Part shown: in pieces, positions 1-9,012 of the stretch
Numbering within the stretch: the first letter of the stretch is position 1
How the letters are laid out: every line of letters starts with the position of its first letter
NCBI GenBank assembly: GCA_030650605.1
Contig: JAUSDP010000100.1
Span: 16,383-80,382, forward strand
Direction: 5' to 3'
DNA: 64,000 nt
From: a bacterium
Lineage (GTDB): Bacteria; Patescibacteriota; Minisyncoccia; Phycocordibacterales; Zambryskibacteraceae
Program-made: the position numbers and the translations under genes
The notes under the pieces: model-generated
The model's input: only the letters and a program-made list of their open reading frames with translations
Databases searched by the model: none
What the model was told of the DNA's origin: nothing

Positions 1-33
1 GATATAAATTAAGCTTTAAAAGAAAGTAATTTT

Positions 34-1116
34 ATGATCACTACAGAAAGTCAACAAAAAGACGATTTGAAACTTCTATACCTTTTGGTACGTATTAATC
101 GTTTTTCATCGTATCGCCAAGTGAAAGAAGCGTACGAAGCCGTAGTCAAGAAAACCGAAAAGGACTACGCGTTTATCTTCAATAAAAAGGAGCGTGAAGT
201 TGAAATTCGCAATGCTCTGAATAAGTACATTACAGAAGAAATGCGTGAGTTTGAAGACCATGCGTTGGTTAAGCAGTATTACGCGCAAAAAGATCTGGAA
301 AATGAACTGCATAGTCGTAATGATTTTGAAAAACAACGTGACGAGATAAAACGATTTGATGAAATGCAAAAGGATCGTAAGAGCGAGGACGCACGAGATA
401 AAAAGTCAGAAAGAATTAAAGAAGAAATGACTGATGAACTCAAGTCAAATCAAAATCAAAAAATCTCCAAAACCGAAATTAAAGCCCAGGACATCAAAGG
501 CTTTACAGCCGTTGTCCTAAAAAATGGAATCGAGTACAGGAATGCTGAAGATAAATCTCTAGCTTTTGTGGATTCAGGCGCTCGCATAAAAATAGTGATG
601 TCAAAGAATGAAGCATCACGCCATGCAGCATTAAAGCTGGCATCGGAGAATTTCAATGACGGCTTCGTCTTTAAAGGAAGCGATGAAAAGAAGCGTCAGC
701 TTGCGAAAGACTGTGTTGCGTTGAACCTCGAGGACAAAATTAAAAATCCAGAGCTGAAAGAATTCATTGCGCAGCAGGTTAAAGAACGTGATTTGATAAA
801 TGGAAGAGATGCAGCCAAAGCCAGCGTTCAAGAGACAGTAAAAGAAGACGCGGTAAGTGAACTGAAATCTAAAGTCGAGCAAGTAAATGAAGTCTCGAAG
901 CAAGAGCGCGAAGTTGAACAAGTCTCTGAAAAAATTTCACTACCTGAACAAAAGAAAGAGCAAATTACAGCGTCCGATTCGACCCCTGAAAACTCGACAG
1001 TGCAAACAAATGGATTTGTATTCGATACAGCCAAATTACGCGAAATGGATCCAGCGAGAACGCAAGTGCAAGAAAATCAAAAACATCGCGAACAAGAACA
1101 AGAAATTGAACGATAA
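34..1116 (+). CDS. Hypothetical Lys/Glu-rich (coiled-coil-like) protein, 360 aa
   Basis: Long ORF with highly charged K/E-rich low-complexity composition and an ATG at 34 preceded by a purine-rich stretch. No recognisable catalytic motif. Confidence 0.4.
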   Translation: MITTESQQKDDLKLLYLLVRINRFSSYRQVKEAYEAVVKKTEKDYAFIFNKKEREVEIRNALNKYITEEMREFEDHALVKQYYAQKDLENELHSRNDFEKQRDEIKRFDEMQKDRKSEDARDKKSERIKEEMTDELKSNQNQKISKTEIKAQDIKGFTAVVLKNGIEYRNAEDKSLAFVDSGARIKIVMSKNEASRHAALKLASENFNDGFVFKGSDEKKRQLAKDCVALNLEDKIKNPELKEFIAQQVKERDLINGRDAAKASVQETVKEDAVSELKSKVEQVNEVSKQEREVEQVSEKISLPEQKKEQITASDSTPENSTVQTNGFVFDTAKLREMDPARTQVQENQKHREQEQEIER

Positions 1117-1331
1117 CATCAATCTCACCAAGGAATGAAAATGAATGCAAGCGAAATCTATGGCGTTAAGGCCGCAAAAAAAGTTCAAGCGGAAAATGTA
1201 AAACTTTGGGGTACGACTCAGGTAATAGAAAACCTACGTCTTGCACCGGCCGCAATTGCCAATATTCGTGCTCTTGAAAAAGAACGTGACCTCGAATTGC
1301 AAAAAGAAAAGACACCTCAGCGAGAACTGTA

Positions 1332-1673
1332 ATGAGAAAACTCATACTCATCATTTTGTTGGCCTTGAGTTTTCAGGCGACAGCTGGCATTAAGTTATCC
1401 AAGCCTGCTGCACCGGTTACTACGCCGACTGTGGCGCCCTCTTCAGTTCCCGCTTCGGCGGTTGCAGTGTCTACGCCAGAGCCAACCACAAAGCCAGAAG
1501 TAACTCCAGAAGCAAAGACTGAGAAAACATCAAAGGCAAGTGTTCCAACTGGTGAGAAGAAAGTAAAACAAGCCGCAAGTAAGCGTACAAAATCTGCAAT
1601 CAGAAACACTACTCAATACAAAGAGCAAGTGACCTACCTGAAAGCTGGCGCAACAATTTGGGGACAACACTAA
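1332..1673 (+). CDS. Secreted Pro/Thr/Ala-rich low-complexity protein
   Basis: N-terminal signal-peptide-like hydrophobic segment (MRKLILIILLALSFQATA), followed by a PTVAPSSVPASAV...PEPTTKPEVTPE linker-like sequence. Confidence 0.35.
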   Translation: MRKLILIILLALSFQATAGIKLSKPAAPVTTPTVAPSSVPASAVAVSTPEPTTKPEVTPEAKTEKTSKASVPTGEKKVKQAASKRTKSAIRNTTQYKEQVTYLKAGATIWGQH

Positions 1674-1977
1674 TGGTTAGCAAATCCGTTCTTGCCGCCG
1701 TTAAAGCACACGACCACGAGTATCCGAATCCAATTTTGGCGGGTCTGGCAGTTGGCAACGCTTTAAGAGAAAAAGTTAGACAAAGGAACGAAAGTGAAGG
1801 TGCTCAACAGCATTCGCAACTTGTCGCCAGGTGCGAGTCGCACAACGAAAAGACCCACAACGAGGAATTGTCGAAAGGCCTTGCGATAACAACTGAGAAG
1901 AAGCAAAACGCAGAAACGCGTAGCGCTAATGCAAATCAAAAAACACAATCTACCTTCGAACCATCGCCTTAGAAAGC

Positions 1978-2595
1978 ATGATCATGTTCAAATTAACAAA
2001 ACTGATATCAGCTATGTGCGTAATTGCCACAATTACTGGCTGTGCAGAAATGAAGAACCTTCAATCTGCGGCCAGCCAACTGCCACAAACGGCATCGAAG
2101 GCTTATCGCAATATCGTACCTGCAGAACCGCCCGAGCTCATTCGATTGCGCGAGGTATCAAAGGAAGATGACTCCATTTTGAATGCGCTCAATATGGTGA
2201 ACAAAGAGCATCCTGAACTCTCAAAACAAAAACTCTTGTGCGGTGGCACTTCGGATCCAGTTGAATTCAAATCGCAATCATATTCCTGGTCACCAGTACA
2301 GAAATTTCAGCTTTTTTGTACGTTGCCTGAAGACGTTCTTCGAGAGCGTGATACCGATTTGATAGCATATTCAAAAGCCATGGCAACTTATGCTGTTAAG
2401 CGTGGATCCAGAGAGCTTACTGGATTCGCAGTTCAAGCCCGCACAAAAGAGGATGCAGCCTTTCTCGAGACCGCTGTGGCATCCATCCTCAAAAATAAAG
2501 GGGTCCATTTAAATGTATTGGTCAACCCAAATGCCATGCCAACTTTGGCCATTCTGTCGCCAGGTCTGATCAAGCGCACTGTACGAGATCAGTAA
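1978..2595 (+). CDS. Putative lipoprotein, 205 aa
   Basis: Signal peptide ending in a lipobox-like ITGC (MIMFKLTKLISAMCVIATITGC). No catalytic motif recognised. Confidence 0.4.
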   Translation: MIMFKLTKLISAMCVIATITGCAEMKNLQSAASQLPQTASKAYRNIVPAEPPELIRLREVSKEDDSILNALNMVNKEHPELSKQKLLCGGTSDPVEFKSQSYSWSPVQKFQLFCTLPEDVLRERDTDLIAYSKAMATYAVKRGSRELTGFAVQARTKEDAAFLETAVASILKNKGVHLNVLVNPNAMPTLAILSPGLIKRTVRDQ

Positions 2596-2596
2596 A

Positions 2597-3271
2597 ATGA
2601 CACCAGAAATGACGAAATCAAGAAACACGCGAACGCGCGTACAGGTGTCGCCAATGATCACTCGAGCTGGTTCCGAATCGATTCGGGATTACAAGTTCTT
2701 AGCATCGCATCCAGACGTGCATTGCAATTCGGTTAGTGAATTTTCAAATATCGTCATTCGAGAATTCATCGATGCCAAGCCGTGGATGCAAACGTCTTGG
2801 AAATGGCAGATATCTCGGGCGAGCGAACGGATGTCAGGGAATACTGGCTGCCCACAATTTAATTTCATGGTATCAAACGACATTGAATTCGCTGTAAAAA
2901 ACGTGACGTCACGATTAATCATTGAAGCCGAAAAGGCTGCATGGAAGCAGACACTCGGCAATGGGGAAATCTCTTTTAACGATATCGAGACGCGCGTGAA
3001 TGCTAAGCTGGTATTACTGCAATCGAAAAGCAATTGCTTGGACACTGAAATAGAAGCGACATCGTGGAAGTATGTGCGATTGCATGATGACACCGTTGAT
3101 GCCATCATGAACGTTACCAAGCGACGTGTCTCATCTCTTCTTTCGAGCCAACAAAAGAATGGCTATGTTTGCAAAAATATTAGTGGATTCCTGCTCAGTG
3201 CGATGACATGGGCAACTCGTGGCGACAGTAGATTTTCGAAAATACTTAAACAGAGCTTGCGACAACAATGA
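2597..3271 (+). CDS. Hypothetical protein, 224 aa, translationally coupled to the downstream HAD-like gene
   Basis: ORF overlaps the next gene by 4 nt (ATGA-type coupling). No recognisable domain. Confidence 0.4.
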   Translation: MTPEMTKSRNTRTRVQVSPMITRAGSESIRDYKFLASHPDVHCNSVSEFSNIVIREFIDAKPWMQTSWKWQISRASERMSGNTGCPQFNFMVSNDIEFAVKNVTSRLIIEAEKAAWKQTLGNGEISFNDIETRVNAKLVLLQSKSNCLDTEIEATSWKYVRLHDDTVDAIMNVTKRRVSSLLSSQQKNGYVCKNISGFLLSAMTWATRGDSRFSKILKQSLRQQ

Positions 3272-3714
3272 TTGTATTCCTTGATATTGATGGTGTGCTG
3301 CATCCGGATCCCTGCTATGACAGAGACCTGCTACTTTCATGCTTGCCGAAGTTTGAGTCCGTGATCCGTGAGTTCCCAGGAGTTGAAATCGTAATAAGTA
3401 GCACCTGGCGTGAGAAAAGATCACTCACAGAATTGAGGGATCTTTTCTCACCCGATATCGCGCAAAGAATTATAGGAGTGACGCCCAGCTGGAAGGATCA
3501 TCAGGGCATTTTTAATAGAATTGGCTACCAACGTCATGCCGAAGTCGAAGCATGGCTGCGTGGGTCCTCAGAGCCATGGCGACGATGGGTGGCAATTGAT
3601 GACAAGCCATATTTGTTTCGACCATTTTCAAATCTCGTAAAGACCAAATCTGAGGTTGGATTCGATGATTTAAGTGAAATCGCACTACGCGATAAGCTAT
3701 CTGAAGCTGATTAG
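3268..3714 (+). CDS. Small HAD-superfamily hydrolase (phosphatase/5'-nucleotidase-like), paralog of 8593..9012
   Basis: N-terminal MIVFLDIDGVLH matches HAD motif I (DxDGV). The downstream ISSTWRE segment is shared with the paralog 8593..9012 (MIIFLDFDGVLH ... VISSSWRE). Confidence 0.55.
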   Translation: MIVFLDIDGVLHPDPCYDRDLLLSCLPKFESVIREFPGVEIVISSTWREKRSLTELRDLFSPDIAQRIIGVTPSWKDHQGIFNRIGYQRHAEVEAWLRGSSEPWRRWVAIDDKPYLFRPFSNLVKTKSEVGFDDLSEIALRDKLSEAD

Positions 3715-4019
3715 TTATCCACAAATTCTGTGTATAAGTTCAGTAAAAGCCATATGGGATCTAGCTGTTATCGTTAAATTAAAAATTAAGCAAAATGGTG
3801 CTTCTTTGTGCATAAACACTCGGTATGCTAAAGTCGGGAGGATATTTAAGTGCATTGAAAATTTAATGACGTAGTGAAAGCTGTACCGATCATTTGTCAT
3901 AGCTCTTTAAATCGAATCATCTACCTTTTGGCATGAGCTCGTAAAGTGCGCATTCCTTTTTTACCTACTCGCGTCTTCTGCCAAAGAGACGGCGCTCATT
4001 CATCGGTTTCTAAAATCCA

Positions 4020-6917
4020 ATGCCAGGAATTACAACTAGAATGCAGATTGGTCGCCTTCACGAAATGAAGGGACTCCCTATAAGAACACGCAATCAGGTA
4101 AGAGCCATCCTCGCAGTCGACAGCGACGTATCATTGAAACTCCTAAATCAACTTCGGGTCGAGAAGTCGGCAGGAGAACTACTTCAAATAGAACGAGTTT
4201 TACGCTACGATTTTTTGAAAACCATCCCAATGGTCCCAGATCTCTTCCCTGAATTCCCACAGACGGGTGAAGAATATGATCGACTGGCTAAAATAGATAT
4301 TGCCAAAGAGATTGAAATACTCGATCTTTTGACGTTGCGATGGCATGAGAAACTTGTTTTGCTCCTTGCGGCTATGCGGCGCCTTGACTCGGCAATTACG
4401 ATGAGAAACTTCAACGAAGGTTCTGTTCTTGTTGGCCAGATATATGCTGAATTTGGTTACAGTCATTTTCTTATTCGTAAAGCAGCTTTACTTTATACCC
4501 ATGCTGCAGGAATTACGGCAATACCTGAAGTTGACTCGATTCTGAGCGAGGCAGGACTCGATAACAAAAATATCGCAATGTCCTCGCTTATCCATTGCTT
4601 TAAAGAGGAGCAGGACTTTCTCAGTTTGAAGCGCTCGATAATGAATTTGCCCCAAAGAGGTATTGCTAATAAATTTACGAGGGATGTGTGTCGACTCCCG
4701 TTTCATCCGTTCGCGAAGGATGCCGCTGACTTTGGTGAACTTCTACAAAGTTGGCGCCAATCGTCGCTTATCGATGCAATTATTGGTGCCAAGGTGAACG
4801 TCCATTTAGTGGAGGCTGAAAATGGACGTTCAGTAAATCTGCGGGCATTGTTCGCTCATATAGATTCAAACGCATTGTCCATCGATCGCATCTTATCTAT
4901 CTACGATCTGGAGGATCCGGATAGCGAGACAACATTCTACAAGCAATCGAGTGCTTGGCTAGAAAATGCATGCATAGTTAAGTATCGCACGCTCGTCGAC
5001 CATTTTTACAATTTTCCGGAGTCTGACTATTTTGAATTTAATCAGGAATTGATCGCAAGAATTGCCAATTGGGCTGCCCCAATTGACTTGGCGGTACTCG
5101 CTACCACTTCTAAACTTTCTCACACTGATTCTGCGAGCATGATGGCCCTTGAGAGCCTTGGAACAGTGACGCGATCAGCGATGTTTAACTTCTCAGTATT
5201 TAATGTCGAAGGGTATGCAAAAATCAGTGAGACAGAATTGTTATCATTGATGGGTAGCACTAGAGATTTGGCGAAAACAATTAACCACAAATTTCTAAGT
5301 AATATGGCAAAAATGTCAACGTCGAAGTTGTCGCGTCTGATACTCTATTTTTTAATTGCAAAAAAGAGCAAAAACGAACTCGATGATCACCAGCTAAGGC
5401 GAATTTTCCAGGGGATTGTCCTAACAGAACACAATGGAAGCATAGTAGAACTGTTTGATGCTTTAAGTAAGATGTCACGAGTTGTAGCTGAGTATGCGTA
5501 TGAGATTTGCACAGAGGACTTCATCGCAAAATTATTTCATATCATAAAAACATCTTCCGAAATCACTGAAACGCGAGCTAGTCTACATAAGTGGATGGGG
5601 AAACTTACTGGGGAAAAGGCGTACCTAGACCGTGCCAGGACTCTTTTGATCGACCACCAACTAAACAAAATTCGTAACGAGATCGATGACAACCGCATCT
5701 ATGTGGACGCAGCCCGATTTGCAGAGTGGATGAACGATGAGGTAGGGCGCGACTTGAACGGCATCTTGACAAGTATTGAACACAAAAGCGCATTACTAGA
5801 AGCTGCGGATCCTCAGCTCATGGCTATTGTGGAGCGATGCTATGTCAACTTTTGTTCAAATAAGATTTTTGGCATCGCTTCATATTTGGGGCGACGTATC
5901 CGTCATGGAACGTTCAAGGGGCACTTGTTTTCGAACGTTGTTTCCATCGAGAGAAAGAAGGAATATGAATATCTTCTTTCAGATCCAGTAGTCGCCTCGA
6001 AGTGGGTACGTTGGAAAGCCGATTACGAGAAGATTATCGATGAGATAATCGTTAGTCGCCTGCATATCGAATCGCCAGGCAAGCGCGAGGGGCTATTAAA
6101 ACCTAGCGTTAATACTGCATTGAAGCTAGAAACGCTTTCAGCGTGTGCGAGAAACATCGCCCGAGACTTTTCTGAATCAAATAGCTCGTTTGGTGCGATC
6201 CCCATCATCACCGAATATTGCTGGCGTTTGGCTGAACATGATTTGAAGGATATCAACGGGTATTTGAAGAGTAAAAAGGCGGCGTTGATAAACACTGACC
6301 TTTTAACAGATTTGAAATCGTGTGTTTACGGTTCAAACTTGGGTGTCGCTCGTGATTTTTGTCGGGAACTTGTTCGCCTTATTGACGACAAGTTATTGTC
6401 AATGTACAACTGGTTCAAAAAACCTGCGAACGTTTCGCCGCAAGCGTCATTATCACTACTATATAAAGCAGTCGTAGCAGAGGTGCGCGAGGCATTTCCC
6501 GAATTTGACACGAGCACTGATTTTGACGATGCCAGAGATATTAAACTAGTTGGTGGTGCGTACCATGTTCTGTACGACTCATTCTATGTCATTGTTTATA
6601 ACGCAGCGAAGCATGGCAAGGCAGGCGAGGAACTTGAGCGGAATTTCGAGCTCATTGATGATACCGTTGAGCGGCGAAAAATGCTGAACATTAATGTCAC
6701 GTCGCTGATTAAGGACAACGAAAGCGAGGACTATGTTAGGAGTAGACTCGTCTTGGATAGGACACAAGATCTTGATGATGCTCAGGTCTCAGAGGATCGG
6801 AGTGGAATCCGAAAATTGTATTTCCTGGAGCATTGGAATCGAGATTTTTGTATCGGTGATATTTATTGTCGAAATCGTAAAGTAACTGTGAACCTAACCC
6901 ATGCTTTGGAACACTGA
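4020..6917 (+). CDS. dtcA: Detocs DtcA-like sensor histidine-kinase-like protein, 965 aa
   Basis: Large N-terminal region without known domain. C-terminus carries a histidine-kinase ATPase N-box-like motif (VIVYNAAKHGKAGEE). Stop overlaps the start of the next gene (TGATG). The gene order matches the Detocs three-gene architecture. Confidence 0.55.
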   Translation: MPGITTRMQIGRLHEMKGLPIRTRNQVRAILAVDSDVSLKLLNQLRVEKSAGELLQIERVLRYDFLKTIPMVPDLFPEFPQTGEEYDRLAKIDIAKEIEILDLLTLRWHEKLVLLLAAMRRLDSAITMRNFNEGSVLVGQIYAEFGYSHFLIRKAALLYTHAAGITAIPEVDSILSEAGLDNKNIAMSSLIHCFKEEQDFLSLKRSIMNLPQRGIANKFTRDVCRLPFHPFAKDAADFGELLQSWRQSSLIDAIIGAKVNVHLVEAENGRSVNLRALFAHIDSNALSIDRILSIYDLEDPDSETTFYKQSSAWLENACIVKYRTLVDHFYNFPESDYFEFNQELIARIANWAAPIDLAVLATTSKLSHTDSASMMALESLGTVTRSAMFNFSVFNVEGYAKISETELLSLMGSTRDLAKTINHKFLSNMAKMSTSKLSRLILYFLIAKKSKNELDDHQLRRIFQGIVLTEHNGSIVELFDALSKMSRVVAEYAYEICTEDFIAKLFHIIKTSSEITETRASLHKWMGKLTGEKAYLDRARTLLIDHQLNKIRNEIDDNRIYVDAARFAEWMNDEVGRDLNGILTSIEHKSALLEAADPQLMAIVERCYVNFCSNKIFGIASYLGRRIRHGTFKGHLFSNVVSIERKKEYEYLLSDPVVASKWVRWKADYEKIIDEIIVSRLHIESPGKREGLLKPSVNTALKLETLSACARNIARDFSESNSSFGAIPIITEYCWRLAEHDLKDINGYLKSKKAALINTDLLTDLKSCVYGSNLGVARDFCRELVRLIDDKLLSMYNWFKKPANVSPQASLSLLYKAVVAEVREAFPEFDTSTDFDDARDIKLVGGAYHVLYDSFYVIVYNAAKHGKAGEELERNFELIDDTVERRKMLNINVTSLIKDNESEDYVRSRLVLDRTQDLDDAQVSEDRSGIRKLYFLEHWNRDFCIGDIYCRNRKVTVNLTHALEH

Positions 6918-7366
6918 TGAAAAACGTTCTGATTATTGAAGACGATAGCTTCAAAAGCGATAATCTCGCGACTTTTCTGAAGGCAAATATAGGAAATGCG
7001 AATATTTCGCTTGCTTCAGACGTTGCGAGCGGCGTTTCGGCTGTCGAACGAAAAATATTTGACCTAATAATAATTGACATGGCCTTGCCAAGCCACCCTG
7101 TGGTGTCTGGAGGAGGCGCGCCAATGTCTTTACTAAGTGGTGGGTTGGAAATTCTATTTGAACTACGCTCGCTCGATCGTACTGATTTTTGCATCATAGT
7201 CACTCAATATCCAGAAGTGGAAATCTCGGGAAATTACTTTCCGGTTGAAAAAGCAGCGGCAGCTATTAAGACTCATTTTGACTGTGATGTCGGGGCATGC
7301 ATAGAATACGCCGAAGCATCTAATGCCTGGAAATTCGAGTTAATAAACTTAATTAAAAACATATGA
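6917..7366 (+). CDS. dtcB: Detocs DtcB-like stand-alone receiver (response-regulator receiver domain only), 149 aa
   Basis: MKNVLIIEDD ... DLIIIDMALP is a CheY-like receiver with the phospho-acceptor Asp context. There is no output domain. It is coupled to both neighbouring genes. Confidence 0.6.
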   Translation: MKNVLIIEDDSFKSDNLATFLKANIGNANISLASDVASGVSAVERKIFDLIIIDMALPSHPVVSGGGAPMSLLSGGLEILFELRSLDRTDFCIIVTQYPEVEISGNYFPVEKAAAAIKTHFDCDVGACIEYAEASNAWKFELINLIKNI

Positions 7367-8580
7367 AGATTCTTGTACTCGAAGACGACTCAACTAAAAG
7401 TGAGCTCGTCAAAGCAGAGATATCCAGCGTAGACCTTGCTGTCAGCGTTGAGATTGTTAGTAATTTACGTGACTACACGATAAAGGTGGGGCAAAACGTT
7501 TACGATCTGATCATAGTTGATCTCGTCGTTCCGCAGTTTCCATTTGACGCCCAGGCGATCGACGTAACTGGTCAAATTATTGACATTACCAGAGACCAGG
7601 ACTGTCTGAATTTTCGCTCTCCGGTTCTCGCACTCACACGATACAACGAAAAGGCTGAGGCGCAATTCGAAGATCTCAACCGAAAAGACATAACGATCGT
7701 TACGTTCGATGAGGATTCTGGACGTTGGAAAGAGAGTATTCGTGAAAAGGTCCGCAGTTGCGAACCTCCGGTTCACTACCCGTTTGTGATAATTTGTGCG
7801 CTGGCCAAGGAGGCTGACGCATACGCTGCGGCCGGTTATCAAGTCGGGGAGCGCCAAACAATAAAAGGTCTAGCTTGCAGAGAGATTTCAATCGGATTAG
7901 TAGTAGGGGTAATTATTACGGCGCCAAGAATGGGATTGGTTAGCTCTGCTATAACCAGTACCCAAGCGATAGAGGCATTTAAACCTAAATTAATTTGCAT
8001 GAGTGGGATTTGTGGAGGAGTTCCGGAAAAAACAAAGATATACGATGTTGTGATACCAGATATCTGTCACCAAAACGATTCCGGAAAATGGACGAACGCT
8101 GGCTTTGAATCTGAAGGGTACAGTGTACAGCTTGAGCATGGTATGAAATTAAAGATAGACGAGCTCATATCAAAGCCTGCCTTTCTTGAAACGGTGAAGC
8201 GTGACGTGATCCTTCGACGTGCCGAATTCCCTGAAGGAGCTGACGTACTAGATTTCAAAATTATTATTGCACCTACTTCTAGTGGCAGTGCGGTCATTGC
8301 CGATAAGGAAATGGTAGAAATTCTTAAAGAGCAACACAGAAAACTATCAGCCTTCGAAATGGAATCTTTTGCTGTCTTCGAGGCTGCCCGTTTGGCGCCG
8401 ACAAAACCCCAGTATTTCAGCGCAAAGGCAGTTGTCGATGATGGATCTCCAAGCAAAGGTGATCTCTTCCATAGGGTGGCGTGTATTCTTTCTGCGAAAG
8501 TAGTCTATGAATGCATTAAGTCCGGCTTGCTTCTAAGCGGAGGGGTAAGTCTCGAAACAAAACGGGGGAACATCAGTTAA
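7363..8580 (+). CDS. dtcC: Detocs DtcC-like effector: N-terminal receiver domain fused to a purine nucleoside phosphorylase (PNP_UDP_1-like) domain, 405 aa
   Basis: N-terminus MKILVLEDD ... YDLIIVDLVVP is receiver-like. The C-terminal half has a PNP/MTA-nucleosidase-like glycine-rich loop (MSGICGGVP) and the hallmark EMES motif (SAFEMESFAVFEAA). 4-nt overlap with dtcB. Confidence 0.65.
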   Translation: MKILVLEDDSTKSELVKAEISSVDLAVSVEIVSNLRDYTIKVGQNVYDLIIVDLVVPQFPFDAQAIDVTGQIIDITRDQDCLNFRSPVLALTRYNEKAEAQFEDLNRKDITIVTFDEDSGRWKESIREKVRSCEPPVHYPFVIICALAKEADAYAAAGYQVGERQTIKGLACREISIGLVVGVIITAPRMGLVSSAITSTQAIEAFKPKLICMSGICGGVPEKTKIYDVVIPDICHQNDSGKWTNAGFESEGYSVQLEHGMKLKIDELISKPAFLETVKRDVILRRAEFPEGADVLDFKIIIAPTSSGSAVIADKEMVEILKEQHRKLSAFEMESFAVFEAARLAPTKPQYFSAKAVVDDGSPSKGDLFHRVACILSAKVVYECIKSGLLLSGGVSLETKRGNIS

Positions 8581-8592
8581 GGCGAAAGTGAT

Positions 8593-9012
8593 TTAACTTG
8601 CTAAAATTTTTCTCAGTTTAAGCTCTATGATTTCGTCAAGGCCTGAATTTGACTGACATAGCAATAAGTGTGGACATCCATCAGGAAACTCGGCATGTGC
8701 ATCATCAATAGCAAGCCAGGGTCCACCATAATGATTTAGAGTTATCCAGGCTAAAATTTCTTCATAGCGCGAATATGGTGGTTTACCGTCACCATTGGGC
8801 GTCATGCCAAGGATTCTATCCTGAATATCTTCCGAAAATAGTCCCCAAATAACTTCAGAAGGATAGGCCTCGCGCCAGGATGAGGAAATTACGACCATCA
8901 GAGAGGGAAATTCTCGAAGAATATTTTCAAACCTCGTTAAATGATAAAAATGGCCACGTTCTCCAGCTGGCGATGAATGCAAGACACCATCAAAATCCAG
9001 AAAGATGATCAT
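8593..9012 (-). CDS. Small HAD-superfamily hydrolase, paralog of 3268..3714, coupled to the hipA-like gene
   Basis: MIIFLDFDGVLH (HAD motif I) and VISSSWRE. The start overlaps the HipA-like stop by 4 nt. Confidence 0.55.
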   Translation of the reverse strand: MIIFLDFDGVLHSSPAGERGHFYHLTRFENILREFPSLMVVISSSWREAYPSEVIWGLFSEDIQDRILGMTPNGDGKPPYSRYEEILAWITLNHYGGPWLAIDDAHAEFPDGCPHLLLCQSNSGLDEIIELKLRKILAS

